Counted from the stretch's first letter, positions 1-15,484 are shown. The stretch: 64,000 nt of DNA from Octopus vulgaris (GCA_951406725.2 OX597816.1:148056001-148120000), one strand, 5' to 3'. Numbers and translations: made by a program. Notes: generated by a model from the sequence alone, not told the origin.

Positions 1-570
1 TGCCAAAGATGGACAGCAGTAATAGAAACAACAAAAAGAAAAAAACGTTAAAAAATAGCAATAAAAGCAACAACATATATAGCATCAATAACAACACTAA
101 CAATAAGAACAAAGACGGTAATGACGAAGATATGGGGGAGGTGTGTGAGGATGAAGTAGCTGAGAATGCCCAATGAAATAAGATTATGCGTGTGTATGCG
201 AGTGCATATGAGAGTGCGTGTGTATGCGAGTGCATATGAGAGTGCGTGTGTTTGTCTGTGAGTGTGTGTGTGTGTTTGTGACAGTGTGTGTGTGTGCGCG
301 CGCGTATGTTTGCGTATATTGATTTTGTATTTGGTTATAGGCCAAAAAATTTATACAGCAGCCAAATAAGAATTATGTGACCAATAATATACATACAGGA
401 ATAAAAAAGAAGCACAAAAATACATTAATGCTTGTATGGTATGTTAATGTGTATATATATATCAGTCGTAGCCATGGTGGTGATGACGACGATGGGGATG
501 GTGTTGATGATAGAAAGCTTGACGCTTGACAACATCGATGACGTTGACGATGGCCACGGTGATTAAAGCA

Positions 571-603
<33 letters not shown>

Positions 604-632
604 CTGATGATGCAGGTGATGATGATGATGAT
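571..632. repeat. (GAT)n microsatellite
   Basis: Near-perfect gatgatgat run with two interruptions. Confidence 0.95.
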
Positions 633-1112
633 GAATATAACTACTCGGAAGTATTCTGGGGATGGTTGGTTTTATTTATGATGATTGCTTATAATGTTTA
701 ATGAAAGACGTGTATATAAATATTGATGATATACACACACGGAAAAAACATATTTCTTTGTATTATACATATGTATGCGTATAATACACGAACACACACA
801 TATACTTATATGCACATACATATACCCACTTACACAAACACTCGCGTGTGTAGAGAGGTAAAGTCATACACGCATCCCTAAATACTTTTTTTTTACTTGG
901 ATAACGTATAGTTTTACATACGAAAATATATCTCTATTAATGTACCTCAATATGATTGTATGTTATCGCAATATAATCGATATTAGTAGGTAAAAATACA
1001 AAAGTACTAGAACAAAACTATAAATGTGCACCTTAGTGCGTTTCGGGATATTATTGTTAGTATGTTCTTGTGTATGTCTGATTCAGAGCGCGCACACGCG
1101 TGTGTATTTGTG

Positions 1113-1162
<50 letters not shown>

Positions 1163-2174
1163 TACGTGTTGTGTGTGTCTGTACGTGTTTGTGTGTCTGT
1201 ACGTGTTGTGTGATCGTCAGTATTTGCGTATTTTTTTCTCTGTATTTGTCTTCGTATGCCATCAATATTTATATACATGTCTTACATTAATGATCGAAAT
1301 ATATCAATATTTAATCTTTATAAAGGTGATTGAGCGGTGCTTACTTCTACATCTTTATTTGCCATTACGTTCTGTGTTCAAATATCGGGAAGGGTTATCT
1401 TTACTATTTATTATACAACTAATGAATTCACTCATTTTCTGAACTATAATCCTTCCCTATAAAACTGTGGCCTTGTTGCAAATTCAGAAATACATGACCT
1501 TAATTCAATATATATCTTAAAAGTAAAATTTAATGTAGCAGACACATATTCAACTTCGTGTTACCATAGTTAATACGGTGTTACTTAAGACACTGACTAG
1601 GAATAATTTTATACTGAAGACATACCAATATCAAGCCTATGACAGATATTCTAACTTATTTCACTAAGTCGGAGACACAACTCACAACACGTACAGGGCT
1701 AGCTAATATCAATTTTCCAAATTTTATTTTATTATTTAATGAAAGACAAACAAACTATATTAATACTGAAAAGCCCCCACACAAACATATATGCGTACAG
1801 ACGCAACCGTGTAAGTATGTATGCCATTGGCTACTGTCTCTAGAGTCTCTAGTGTATTTGTCTGAGTGGTTCGTGTGACTATGTGAGAGAAATCTTCTAT
1901 GTTATTGTGTGAATGAGAGAGGGTGCTTGAGTTGGGTAAATGGAAAATAATCTTGAAATGTGTACTGTGCATGATTCTAATTTGTTTGCGTGCGTGACTG
2001 GAAAGCGATATGGATTCTATTTCCAGCATCTCGAGTGTATTTGGCTGATTTGCTGTCTGTGCATTTGCATGATATATTTGCGTATTACATGGTATATTTC
2101 TGTATGTAAAAATACGTGAGTTTTTGCAAATGACTCTCTATCTCTATCTCCCTCTCTTTCTCTTCATCTCTCTT

Positions 2175-2217
<43 letters not shown>

Positions 2218-3929
2218 ATCTCTCAGTGTGTATGTTTTAACACCACTCTCTTTGTCCTACTCTCTACCATTCACTTTGGATTTTCTTTTTAATATAGTCT
2301 ATCGTCAATAAAAAAACTATCCTTTTTAATTCTACATGTTAGATGTCAAAACTGATGTTAACAAAAGTAAAATTATTTATTATTTCAGCATGATTTAAGC
2401 ATTTAGTGAACACTGAATCCTTCTTGAGGGGCGAATGCAAGAAAGCGTTTTCATTGCTTGAAAAGATCGTTTCTATTTGGTTCACACCTTTTAATTCTTT
2501 TAATTTTATTCCAATTGATTTCAAATTTGGTGTATTGTAGTTTTTTTTATGTTAAGTATGGAAATGAAATTCATTTTTGCCATAAATTAATACATAAAAA
2601 GTTAATAGCATTTTAACATTTCAAAGTTAGAGTAGCTTTAGCCACTTGACATATGCACAGACATATTGGTGCCTGTTTCTGTAGCAACAAGTGATAGTTT
2701 GCTTCAGCCAATCGAAAGTCACATATTGGTACCTGTTTCCATAACAAGGCAAGGTATAGTCTCCTTTCCAACCATATATTCGTTACCCGTCTGTCCTTTT
2801 ATTATCCTCATTGAGAATTTTACTTTTTATATTGTTTACATACCACACAAAAACCAAAACAAAAAGTCATTACGGAGTTTTCGTTCTCATATTGTTTACA
2901 TACCAGTTCCAACACTCCACATCACTTTCTTCATTAAAAATTATTAAAACTGTTATTGTCGTCCTCGTTGTAATGTTTTGTCTGATGTTGTCATGTTGTC
3001 ATGGACGGCTATCACGCAGAAAGTGCCAGCTTCCAAATCCTGCTTTCTGATTGGGTAAATATATTCAGACTTTAAACCTCTGTAAAATTTTCCTAAAATT
3101 TTTCTGAAACAAATGCATTAGATCAGATTCAGCGTAAAATCTTACATCAATATACAAAAAGTAAATATCCTCACTTAATTTTAAAATTCCAATCAGAGTC
3201 GAATAGAAAATATGCTGTTGAAAAGACAGAGGTAATCAGGATTTTGCTCAGAGAGCTACTAAGTTGATTTTTCTATGCAAAGCCGATATAAATAAATAGG
3301 GGTGTAAGAGGAGATAGAATGTATGTACATTCATGTATATATACACATATACAGCCGCACATACACATAAACACACATAAAGAGAGAGAGAGGGGGGAGA
3401 CGGAGAGCAGAAGGGAAATAATAAAACAAAAAAGGGGAGTTTGTTCATACAATATTTAGTTAATTAGATTTTACGAACAAATTCTCGTACTTTGATTTCT
3501 AGATGAATTCTGTGACCTGTGAATGAAATAAAACTCGGTCTTTAGTATGAGTCATTTTCACCGTTTTCATTTGGATACACAAGAAACACATGGAAATCCC
3601 AACACTGGATATTTCTAGTTCTATTTACATTTAAATCGCACTAATAGTTATTTAGACGCACACACACACACATATATATATAGAGAGAGAGAGACATACA
3701 GACAGACAGAGACACAGAGACAGTCAGCTATATGTACATACATATATACATATAGATATTAGAGGTATAGTAATGTAGCATTTCATGTAATGAGTTCAAA
3801 TCAGCAAAAATATATCGTGAATATATTTATTCATTGAAAATATGATCATCATGCTCAGCAATATTACTTTCTCGTCTCCAAACTAGTTTTATGATACGTC
3901 AGAAAAAGAAAAGAAAGGAAATTAGGTTC

Positions 3930-4700
3930 TTTAGAAGAGAAAAATGTTTGGGATGGAGTTTCAACATCGTTTCCGCTGCTGAATATTTTTCCACTGATAA
4001 AATACTCTAGTGATCAGAAAAAAGAGAAAATCAGAAAGGGCTCGGTCTGGTGAGTGGGGAGAATGAGGTAGAGATTCATATCCTAATGCATTTATCATTT
4101 CTCGGGTTATCTTCGCTGAATGCCGTCTTGCATTCTCATGTTGCAGGATGACACACTTTCTTTTGACTAAACGTGTTTGCGTTTTGAGGACAACTTGGTT
4201 GACACGTTCAAGCTGTTAACAGTAAGTTCTGAGGTGCAGCTTTTCCTTTGTTCCAATAATTCGATGTGGATGATATCTCTTATATTCCACTAAACGCACA
4301 AGGTCTTTGGTTGTAGGTCTAGTTTGGGTATCGAAAGTGGATTTTCATTTGATGACAGCCAATACTTATTTTAGCATAGATTATCCATTTCCCACCACAC
4401 GTAACATTTCGATTAGGAAAAGGGGTTTGGCCATTTTTTCTCGGGAGCCAGTACATATGGTAATCGCCTCCCTACCCTTGCACTTTCCCAATTAGCTTCA
4501 GCTTTCACATTAGACTAAGGTTTATTAAGCCTCCGGGATATGGGCTCGATACCTGCAAATGCTTATTTTCACTACGTCATTATTGAGAACAATTGGTCTC
4601 GTGGTCGATACCCATTCATCTTGGAACAAAATCAATGTTTTTCAATCTGTTAAACCGACTGTGACATTTACGAACTATCACACCACTAGGATATACATAC
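3930..4700 (-). mobile_element. Decayed mariner-family transposase relic
   Basis: Minus-strand hand translation gives VILQHENARRH (cf. LLHDNARPH) near 4120-4155 and ESLPHSPHSPDRALSDFLFF (cf. HPPYSPDLAPSDF) near 4020-4078; broken by stops and frameshifts. Confidence 0.8.
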
Positions 4701-5353
4701 CGTACATACGATTCCCGTTGCACGTGTTGCATTGTTCAATTTACGTAATTCATAATGCATGCAATACCGAACATACAACTCACTAAAGACATGTCCATGG
4801 ACTACCGGAGAGATCATATATTCACACAGGGCCTGTCCACATTTACGTCTGGTCATTAATTTTATACTGATTGGTTAATTGAAGGACATCTTATATATTG
4901 ATCTGTAAATTAGAGGTGTCATGACGTCAGGCTGCTTGCTTGAAATTACGACATTACATTTCCGTACCCCCCAAATATACCGAGTCGTATAAAGATATAT
5001 GTGATATTTATGCCACTTTAAGAACACTTAGATATGGATTCTATACTACAATAGGTATTTATGATTACTTCGATACTTGCATGCATGTGATTTTATCATA
5101 AGCATGGGAGAAGTATCATGGCTTCCTATGTACGGAAAGTTAAATCTGAAGTTAACGGTTGAATAAAATATTGGTTCTTTACAATACTTTCGCTAGAATA
5201 CTTTGACTTTCTACGAAACGTAATTTGTATGTACATTGGATGAAGAAATAGACTCAACTGTACATAAACACAAACATCAATAAGAAAATGAATTCACACA
5301 CACACACATGCATACATATGTGTGTGTGCGTGCACACACACAGGCACACACAC

Positions 5354-5392
<39 letters not shown>

Positions 5393-7739
5393 CATACTAG
5401 TGTACATATGGGTGTGTATAAATCTGTTTGTGCATACGTGAGTATACGTACCTGTGCGTATGTGTGTATGTGTGATTGTGTGTGTGCTTGTGTGTGTATG
5501 TGGTTGTGTGATTTATCCGACTCATAAATGGTGCATGTTTTCTTTAGACGCAAAGTATTTCTATTTATTAAAGATCAAAAGAAATTTAAACTTGTGATAA
5601 GCAAAGTTGCATTGCAGACAAATTAATTACAAAGTCTGTACAATTTATGGCAATAGTAAATTCGATCAAACTCAAAATCCCAAACGCAAATGAAATCCAC
5701 ATAAAGGTTTCTTTAAAGGAATTCAGAAACGATCAGTTCATCAAGCGTACTTTGTATATTCAAATTCTGCTTATGGATGTATTATGTGTCAGAGACAAAG
5801 CAACAAAGTTTAAATGGCATCACCTAATATGTTTATCTCGAAATTTCTTTTCTACGATCCTGATTCTGTCATTAAAACTGCAGTAAATCTTTGAATATTT
5901 GAGAATGTAAAAGGTGACTTTGGTTGTAGGGCATGCTTAGAAGAAAGACGTTCAGTAGAATAGTGGCTAATGAAATACGCGATGCTTATTGAATCATGCA
6001 GATGAGTACACTCTTACGAATACACAGTTATATATACCTCTGTTTATAAATATCATTCTTTGGGCCTTTGAACAAAAGGAGAATCTGTAAGTTAGAAGTT
6101 ATAAATTCATTACACTTTTTTCTTATGTTCTTAAATCTGAAACTTTACACTATATCCGTATTCTTACATATATTCATACACAAACACGCATGCGCACCTT
6201 TCTCACTCTTTACTTTAAGATTCTTCTTGGATTTTTCGAGATCAACAATTTCAGATGAATGTTGTTATGATTTTCGGAGTTTACAAATATGAACATACCT
6301 TACATCTGCAGTTAGAGCTGAACATATCATGCTGAGAATTTACACATCCCTTACAGCCTTACAAGAACGGCCTCGAGAAACTGTAATAATGTTTTAAATA
6401 TACATTAAAAGTACAGAGGAATTTTGAAAGAACACGATTTGGAAGCGATATGACTTTTTAATATTTTTCTTGATACCCCGTCGTGCGTATCCGAATAATG
6501 TAAAATGTTTTGTAAGAATGCCTGGTCTTTTCAAGTAAAAGTCTTTGTAAGGAATTTAAAGTTCACATTTAGTGCATTGTTTCTAACATTAGTTTAGTAG
6601 TAGTTTTTAATTTTTATTTTGCGGGTGGAGGTAAATTTGATACTACGAACTACATGAATTAAGATGTTGTTATTGAGTTCGTCGTGAATTTTGAACGGTT
6701 GGTATTTGAGAAATGTCAAATTTTGGTTAAGTATGAATAACCTTGTAATTATGTTACATTGTTGTATTTGTTTGTATTCCCTGTGTGTGTTACATAAAAC
6801 GCTAACACAACATCCCTATGCATATGAATATATATGCGTATAAATCTGTTTATAGTTGTGTGTACATAAAGACATTCATATATAAGCCCATACCTAGAAA
6901 CACACACACACACACACACACATGCACACATATAGACGTACATAATCATATAGTATGATCCATAAATCGATCCTGGTAAAAACTGTCAGCATCTTGCATA
7001 AAGACGTCTTGTATAGAAAATACGACTGAATCGATGATAGATTAATAAAGATTATTAATCAATCTATCTAATACACTTCCTCTTATATCGAAATTAGACA
7101 GAAAATACTAAGATAACAGATAGTATACGACTCCAGTTAGAAGGCCAAAAATGTTGCTTATTATGCGACAGTCACGTCTTGAAATGAAAGGAATGGGAGA
7201 AGTATTCAAACATTATGGCTGTTTTGAAATGGGCGGTGGATGCATATTATATGATATTGCAAATATTTTATGCATGTCCAATATCGTTTATCATCAGGTG
7301 CATATTCTATTTCGGACATTACTCTTAACTTTCTCAACATCTGTCACCATAGCTCAATCCACCTCCTTTTTATCCCCTCCGTTCTTTACAAACTTTATTC
7401 TCCTACTAGTACCTTGATACCACAGCATCAACCGTATTGAAATCAAATAGTTACTGAAATATTTGAACCGAAGTAGAAAGAGCTACCTGCAATAGACCGA
7501 ATTCTACTTTGGCTACATCTCGTCTCCTTTCTTCCACCTTCTGCCCATAGTAACTCTACATTTTATTCTGAATACTCCAATCCCACTACACTGCTCCACA
7601 TATCTTTCTCCAACCTACTGCTATTCTCGTTTACACCAGCCTATAATCTAGATAAATCCTTCCCTACCCTATGTAATCAACATCGATTCCATTCTAGCTC
7701 ACTATCTCGATTCCCATTCCAGCACCAGCCTTCGCTTCG

Positions 7740-7930
7740 GCCTCAAAACGACCTTTCCATATGATCAAGTCCATCACCTGCACCTACTTTAATGTTACTT
7801 CTTACATTGCACCCGCTACATCTATTTACACACGAAGATTTTCAAACTGCTATACTGCCAGCTGTACGTCATTATGTCTCACCGGACACTCCAGTCGGCA
7901 TCTCTATGTATTCTGCGTAGTTCTAATCAG
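7740..7930 (+). mobile_element. Possible highly decayed Penelope-like GIY-YIG endonuclease relic
   Basis: FHMIKSITCTYFNVTSYI..SIY followed by DTPVG loosely resembles the PLE FTCxSxNVxYxIxC..IYIGET..PVxxHF pattern; weak match. Confidence 0.3.
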
Positions 7931-8439
7931 TATATCATCAAACTAGATTCCAACGTGAAAAGTAACTCACTTTCAGTCATCAAACATTCCAATAAACACT
8001 ACTGCTAAACTGTTTAACTTTAAATTGCATGTCATCTCGCCAGACACAATTCACACATTACGCAAACATACACACACACAAACACACACATACACACACA
8101 AAAATACACACACACTTACACATACACACATGTATATATACATATGAATATATCTGTGTGTACATATATATATATACATATGCAGATATTCTCACATTCA
8201 TGAAAATATACAAACAAATAAACAAACAAAGGCACTAATGTTTTTCCATATCAAAATATACTAACTGTATAAATAGACACAAAATCTCCATAAAAACGCC
8301 TGTCACAATGCACACAAGGCGCGAAGCCAATGAATCTCGCGCTTAAACGGTACGCAAATGTACTCACACACTCGAATATGCATGCAATCATACATACAAG
8401 ATATATCGATCCATAAAAGATGGAACCAAAGTTTAATTG

Positions 8440-9200
8440 CGCAGCATCAGTAAACCGTAAAATTTGTCTTTTAAGGTCTGGTGATGTGAGTTCCAGAGAA
8501 CATTCTATTGAAACTCTCCGTGCAATACACCTATCTGGTTAAATCTCATAAGGGTAGGCATTTTCATTTTCATGATAGGGCGGGGATTCTGTATTTCGCT
8601 GGAAAAAAAATTCATATCTTCAAAGTCCTCTTGAATGCTTGTTATGAGAGATTGGCGCAGCAAGTTCAAGTAAATGGGATCAGTCAGAGTACCCTCAAAA
8701 GCATGTTGCAATTAATCCTTTTGATGTTAAATCAACATATTATTCGCCTGTGATATGTGATTCCCAGATCCCCAACAGATTGAGTTGTAGGTTTTAATAG
8801 ATCCATTTAATTTAAATGTCACCTTATTAATCTAAACAAGCTTTGTTGAAAAGAGTGTACCTTCTACATATGTTGCCAAACACCACAAACAAATCACAAC
8901 TTTTCGGTTCGAATTATTTGCCTGAAGATCATGGACTCTTCTTGAAATGTAACATTTACATTGACATTTTAAAATGCAACGAACATTTTATCATGAAATT
9001 CATATCACACGAGTCGCTTGCCGCACAAATTTTCTTGATATATAGAAATGTTTCTAGTACGTTTTTGCCCATTCTGGAACGTGTCTTGAGAATATTTTGA
9101 GCAGTTCCATCTGATTTAAACTTATCTCTAATTCGAGTGATAGCAAGTAGCACCAGTTGATCAGCTTAAAAACGCCACCTAAAACACGTGTGCACTTCGA
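8440..9200 (-). mobile_element. Decayed CR1-like LINE ORF2 C-terminal relic
   Basis: Minus-strand fragments DLGIT (~8770) and LELAAPI (~8650-8670) resemble CR1 KDLGV and LEYAAPVW motifs; many frameshifts. Confidence 0.4.
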
Positions 9201-9342
9201 CTGCGTTTTCGTTCTTCCTGAAGTACTATAAGATTAAGTTTCAGCGATAAAAGATTTGGAAGTTTCTCTTCTTTATTTGTAATGAGTTAAAAATAAAAAA
9301 TATATGGAAGTAAAGTCATCTGCTCTTAAGATGTGTATAACG

Positions 9343-9400
<58 letters not shown>

Positions 9401-9403
<3 letters not shown>

Positions 9404-9636
9404 AATATAAGAGAGTGTCCACTATGTGGTCGAATCTTGCGCTTCTCAAGGAAACAATTCTTGGTGGTTGAGACCATAGCGGATCTATTTTTAGCGCAAG
9501 AGTCGACCACATAGTAGACACTCTCTTATATTTGTGTATTAATTTTTACTGTATCCCTGGTTTTTATTCGCTAAACCACTTGGTGTTAAATTGATGGTAT
9601 TATTAAATTAATATCCAATTTTGTCACCCTTAATTT

Positions 9637-9640
<4 letters not shown>
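9401..9640 (+). mobile_element. (TA)n-embedded fold-back element, family C (related to 19471-20128)
   Basis: 43-bp inverted arms at 9401-9443 and 9493-9535 (2 mismatches); shares gaccatagcggatcta..ccacatag with 20069-20109; flanked by (TA)n on both sides. Confidence 0.8.
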
Positions 9641-9702
<62 letters not shown>

Positions 9703-9717
9703 GTATGCATGCATGTT

Positions 9718-10290
9718 TTCTGTAAATAATAATAATATTTATAAGTTTATAGCTTATAAGCGATGACCGTTTATTGACTGAAGATAGTGAGTTTTACGAA
9801 AAGAAGCATTTGTTTTACGACGTGGGCTTATACGCCGCAATATTAGACTATTTTCTTTAGTAAATTCACGGTAATCGCTTATAAGCTTTAAGCTTATAAA
9901 TATCATTGTTATTATTTACAGAATTGTCACTCGTCACCACCTCTTCATTTAACACAAAACGCACGTTTGTTTAAAAAACAATTTGCAAGTATGCAAGTAC
10001 TATTGATTTTACTCTTAAGGTATTGGAATTTTATATGTATACCATTCTGCCTTTAAAAATGGATCTACAAATGCAATGTCCCTACACATCTCACATCTAT
10101 TTTCTCTCCTCCACCTCCCTTTCTATTTTGTATCTTATCTAAATTAGCTATTACTTAACCATCCTCTCACACCGTCTCCGGTGAAGGGATATAATAAATA
10201 TCCTGGAAACAGCTGTAAGACCTTCTATCTATAAATGTTCTAAAATCAGTACAGCCTTGGACTTTTATCTCATTACGAAAAAAATTATAT
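9718..10290 (+). mobile_element. Penelope-like/retrozyme-type insertion with 5' inversion and 3' hammerhead
   Basis: Imperfect ~65-bp inverted arms at 9718-9784 and 9854-9923; hammerhead-like motif at 10174-10221; 3' end (acagccttg..tatctcattacg) recurs at ~28436-28470. Confidence 0.6.
10174..10221 (+). ncRNA. Type I minimal hammerhead ribozyme, variant or decayed core
   Basis: Stem I GTCT/AGAC; core CCGGTGA (vs CUGANGA); stem II GGGATAT/ATATCCT; GAAA; palindromic stem III ACAGCTGT; GUA triplet. Confidence 0.7.
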
Positions 10291-10300
10291 ATTTATTTAT

Positions 10301-10345
<45 letters not shown>

Positions 10346-11062
10346 CGCGTCATTGGTTTCTGTGGTATATGAGTATCTATTATACCTGTGTGTACATAAT
10401 GTAAATTTTCATAATTTGTAATAGGGAAAAAGTAAAAGAAATCATAACATTAGTTCATTACTTTTGTTTCATATATTCATTTCTTCCCCCCACCCTACCC
10501 ACACAGATTTATACCCTTTTATACGCAGATATAGACGCGCGTACAAGTGAATGTATTTATCTACGTGAATATATAATCATTAAACATTTCATCACTGAAT
10601 GAAGGCTATGCAAGAAATTTTCAGTGCAAGAATGTAATACATAATTGATTGTAACTCTCAAAGATTGGAAAATCTTCGCAAGACTTAAACAAACGCGATA
10701 GAAGGAAAACTTCTTGGTAAATATATTAAGACAACGAGATGGAAATTATGTTGCTTTGTGCCAGACACATTATGCACCAATGCAATGAATTCGAATTCAT
10801 AATATAGGACGCTTGATGAGACGACTACTTCTGTATTTCTTTACAAGATATCTTTCATGTACACTTAAAGCACGTTTGGGATTTTGGGTATCATTTTATT
10901 TAGTGTGGCTATGAATTTTATAGGTTTTGTAATTAATTTGTTTCCGACCCTACTATTGTTAGCGACAGTTAAACATTCTTTGATCTCAAACAAAGAAATC
11001 GATTTCTGCTTCTTAAGAAAACATGCACCATTTATTACCTTTGCATACATACATACATATAC

Positions 11063-11096
<34 letters not shown>

Positions 11097-11299
11097 GTAT
11101 GTATGCATACATATATATATATATATGTGTGTATACATATATATATATACGAATATATATCTATATGTACAAACACATACATATATATATATACACACAT
11201 ACACGTGTAAATATGAAATGTAGATATATACATATATATATACGTATATATATATACATATATACGTATATGTATATATATACGCCTATATATATGCAT

Positions 11300-11339
<40 letters not shown>

Positions 11340-11369
11340 ATATGTATATATATATATATATATATATCA

Positions 11370-11829
11370 CAATCAGAAGATAATATTCACACTAGAAATA
11401 ACAGAAAAGCTTTAACGCAAAATAACATCAATTCTGTAAACCAGGAGAAAATTAAAAACATTTGTATAGACGATGCACCGTTTCATCTACCGTTTAATAT
11501 ATAAATTAAATATCTATATAGATTATATATAGTATGAATTCATGTGCGAATGCCTCGTGAAAAATCTGTTCCGACCTACTCTGATGAATCTAGTATAATG
11601 ATTTAATTTAATCAGGTTAGTTTACCATTAAACGGTAGATGAAACGGTGCATCGTCTAGAATATAAATTTTTTAATCTCCTGGTTTATGATTATTTCATT
11701 CTGTTATTCTATTGAATATATCCGTTCTTATGATGTTGAACTTAAAAATGGTTTATGACTATTTAATTTTTCCCACTAGGCCGCTGGTGGCAAAGAATTC
11801 TAAAAATTTTTTTTGCCACCCTATATTGA

Positions 11830-11840
<11 letters not shown>
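11370..11840 (+). mobile_element. (TA)n-embedded hammerhead element with inverted partial copy
   Basis: Perfect 32-bp inverted repeat 11467-11498 vs 11627-11658 with weaker extension; (TA)n on both sides. Confidence 0.75.
11576..11660 (+). ncRNA. Type I hammerhead-like motif with long stem II loop
   Basis: CTGATGA 11581-11587; stem II ATCTA/TAGAT; GAAA at 11641; near-palindromic stem III ACGGTGCATCGT; GUC ending 11656; stem I pairs poorly. Confidence 0.6.
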
Positions 11841-11872
<32 letters not shown>

Positions 11873-12662
11873 TGTATGTTTTTACGTATTATTTAAAAAA
11901 CAATACGCAACTATGTATGTATGTCCATATATATGTGTGTGTTGTGTGTATGTTTGTATTCATAAATATTTATGTGTGTATATATATATATATATTTGTT
12001 ATTGCCTGTATGCGTATGTTGGTGTATGTTCTTAAATTGTTCTAAGTATTTGTGTCCGTGTTAATTCCTTTATGCAATAGATAACCAAATTACACTTCAC
12101 AGTATATCAAAGAATTCCGTTGAAGTGATTGTAAGGAACCATCTAATATTTCCTTTGACCGGAAAACTACATTTTCTCCCTTATTCTCAAGAAACCATGT
12201 TATATCTCCCGTGACTCATATGGGTAAAAATCACATGCGCATAGACGTCACAGTATTGGTAAATATATTTCGAAATATAATGCTCATAATAACGCACACA
12301 CATGCACACATACACATACACACACACACAAAAACGTATATATATATATATATATATAAATCACCACTCCTTATTCTTACAAACTGGCCAGCTACTAGCT
12401 AGTTGTTCGCCATACACACATACACACACCCACACACACACAGACACACGTGTCATCATTGCACACATACACACATGCGTGCACCCGCAGACCTCCGCGC
12501 ACGCACACATCCACACACATTTCCTTGTCCTTACCATACTGTCTTTAAAAAACATTATTCTTCCACCTTTCAACTTCCGGTCTTTCAATATGTGACCTCG
12601 TGAGTACCGCCAGCGATTTTTTTTCCTCTGTTTTCCCTTCTCGGGATCTTTCCTTCTCCTAT

Positions 12663-12697
12663 GTTTCCGACGAAGAGCTCCGCTCGAAAGGTTATAC
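12663..12697 (+). ncRNA. Decayed minimal hammerhead (family D) in a (TA)n-terminated element (~12520-12800)
   Basis: GTTT-CCGACGA-A-GAGC tcc GCTC-GAAA-ggtt-atac; downstream sequence homologous to that after 57598-57636. Confidence 0.6.
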
Positions 12698-12795
12698 CCT
12701 CCTTCTTCCATTCTTTCCTGAGCGTCCAATAATACTTTATTTGTTCCACGTCTTCGCATTGCCGTGTTTTTTTTTGTGTTTTCTTGTTTGGATTA

Positions 12796-12851
<56 letters not shown>

Positions 12852-12878
12852 GAGGGAGATACATCCATGCATAGATAA

Positions 12879-12921
<43 letters not shown>

Positions 12922-13022
12922 TGATATAATTTTACATGTATATATACAAACACATACAAACGTGTGTGGGAAGAGAGATGGTGAGAGAGAGTGTGTGCGT
13001 GCGTGTGTGTGTGTATGTGTGT

Positions 13023-13073
<51 letters not shown>

Positions 13074-13281
13074 TAACCAATCACTAAATGTGTTTTATAC
13101 TGATGTGGTATAGGATGAGTTAAAGACAAAGATTGTCCTTTCCATTCATTGCATTTCCGAAACTAATTTTGATTGTGATACACGTTTTTTCAACATTGCT
13201 GATATGCACAGCTAATATAAATACACAAATGCACAAAAACATACATGCATGCATACCTATGTACATATACCATATACATAA

Positions 13282-13375
<94 letters not shown>
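13282..13375. repeat. (TAGA)n microsatellite
   Basis: Perfect tetranucleotide run; similar runs at ~12880, 26670, 27226, 36493 and 61406. Confidence 0.95.
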
Positions 13376-13639
13376 GGGGTTCTCGCTATTTGTAAATAGA
13401 TGTTGAACTGTCGATGCACAGAAACAAATATGTGCATCTAGTAAACTAAAATGTGTTTGATTTTCGGAAAGTCTTACAAATCTTGATTGTGCCACAAATA
13501 CATTGGATTTAGAGAATCCGCTTCATTTTCTTTTGCTGTTTTTCTGTGGAGCCTAAAATTTCAAAGCTTTTGTGCTGATTTTTTGTCACGTAACCTAAAG
13601 CCACAATAAGGATAGGTACAAATGAGAAATCATAATTGG

Positions 13640-14185
13640 GGTACAACAACAATGCAGTTATTCAATATAGATCTTCACCATTTCCTGCTTTTTATTTAGC
13701 ATATACATCCGCAGGTCAGATGACCTCTTCAACAGCGTATAACTTCTTACCCTATCCCAGAGAAGAATATCAGGTCTATTAAATGAGAGTTGGGACAACG
13801 ATGTAACCCTGCTTGACACCATTCTCTACTGGAATGGATATCGCCATGCTACCACCAACTTTTACCCAAGCCTCCATCCCATCATGAAATGATTTACTTA
13901 TAGATAAAAAGTGGTCTGGACATCCAAGTTTGCCCAGACACTATTCACAGTATCAAAGTCCTTGGTTAAATCAATGAATACCTGGACAAGATTCATATTC
14001 TGCTGATAACACATCTCCTGCATCTGTCTTGCTGTGAAAATCACATCCATTGTACCTCTACCAAATCGGAAGTTAATTTGCGATTCGGATAGGATATCAT
14101 TTACGAGACACCAATTCAGGTGATAGTAGAGCAATACCTCTGTAATTTCCACACATTATTCCGACTCCTTTTCCTTTATATAAAT
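13640..14185 (-). mobile_element. RTE-clade LINE reverse transcriptase fragment
   Basis: LYKGKG..CGNYRGIALL; QINFRFGRGTMDVIFTARQMQE..FIDLTKDFDTVN; HDGM..NGVKQG motifs. Confidence 0.92.
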
Positions 14186-14499
<314 letters not shown>

Positions 14500-14586
14500 C
14501 ATACATACATATATATATATATATACATATAGATAGATAGATAGATATACATATATATAATACGTTTAAATATTTGTTGTGCAAGA

Positions 14587-14669
<83 letters not shown>

Positions 14670-14670
<1 letters not shown>

Positions 14671-15484
14671 GGGAAATTCTGTATCTGGAGTTGTTAGCTA
14701 ACTCCTCCTACATCTTTTTATAAATTTTCATGAAACTTGACACATGAGTAGAACTCATGTCTGGAAACCTCATGACATACTCAGATTGTTGAAAAAAATT
14801 GATAATAGGAACATTGGAAGGGGTCCTTATAAATAGCCAACGGAAATAACCCATCAATTTTCCTAAATTATTTGGTAAAAATGAAATTATTTCTCAGTAC
14901 TTGAACTGCTACAGATATTTTCGCAATTAATCCAGTACAACCCGTAAACAACTAAATAGTATTTTTTCCCAATCAATATATCCATTTATTTCGGTTAGTG
15001 TCTTATTCACAAATATGCCAACACTGGCGCCCCTAAAGGTAATATTCTCTGGGAACGTACAAAAGCTTTTTTCACAGTTATTTACTTTGAATTGCTATTA
15101 TTTCATATCTGATTAGCCTCTTATTACAGAACATGCTTCGCTATTTTACTACACATACGTTATTAGTATTTCCACCTATATTCTATATACTCTGGGAACG
15201 TATTAAAACCATTTTCGGGACTAATTTATTTGAATTCTTACTATCGGGTAACTAATTTCATGTTATTACATAACTGACTTCACAATTTGGGTAGTTATAA
15301 TTTATTGAGAATTACTAAAACCAAGATCCTGTGTAAGACAGTTCAGTATTCTCTGTAAATGCACAAAAACCGTTTTAAGGGCTACATACTTTGTATTGTT
15401 GTTATTAGATTAGCGAAACAATTATGAGAACGGAACCAATGGATAAGCCCCGCTTTCCCGCGAATTATCGGGTACGGCAGCTAG
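14670..15484 (+). mobile_element. Non-autonomous Helitron-like element
   Basis: Ends in a GC-rich subterminal hairpin (cccg..cggg) then CTAG|T at 15481-15485; internally deleted homolog at 49824-50153 on the minus strand. Confidence 0.6.

Noticed and set aside
2640-3250. Possible MITE with short internal duplications (acatattggtRcctgtttc; tattgtttacatacca)
   Set aside because: Terminal inverted repeats and TSD could not be defined
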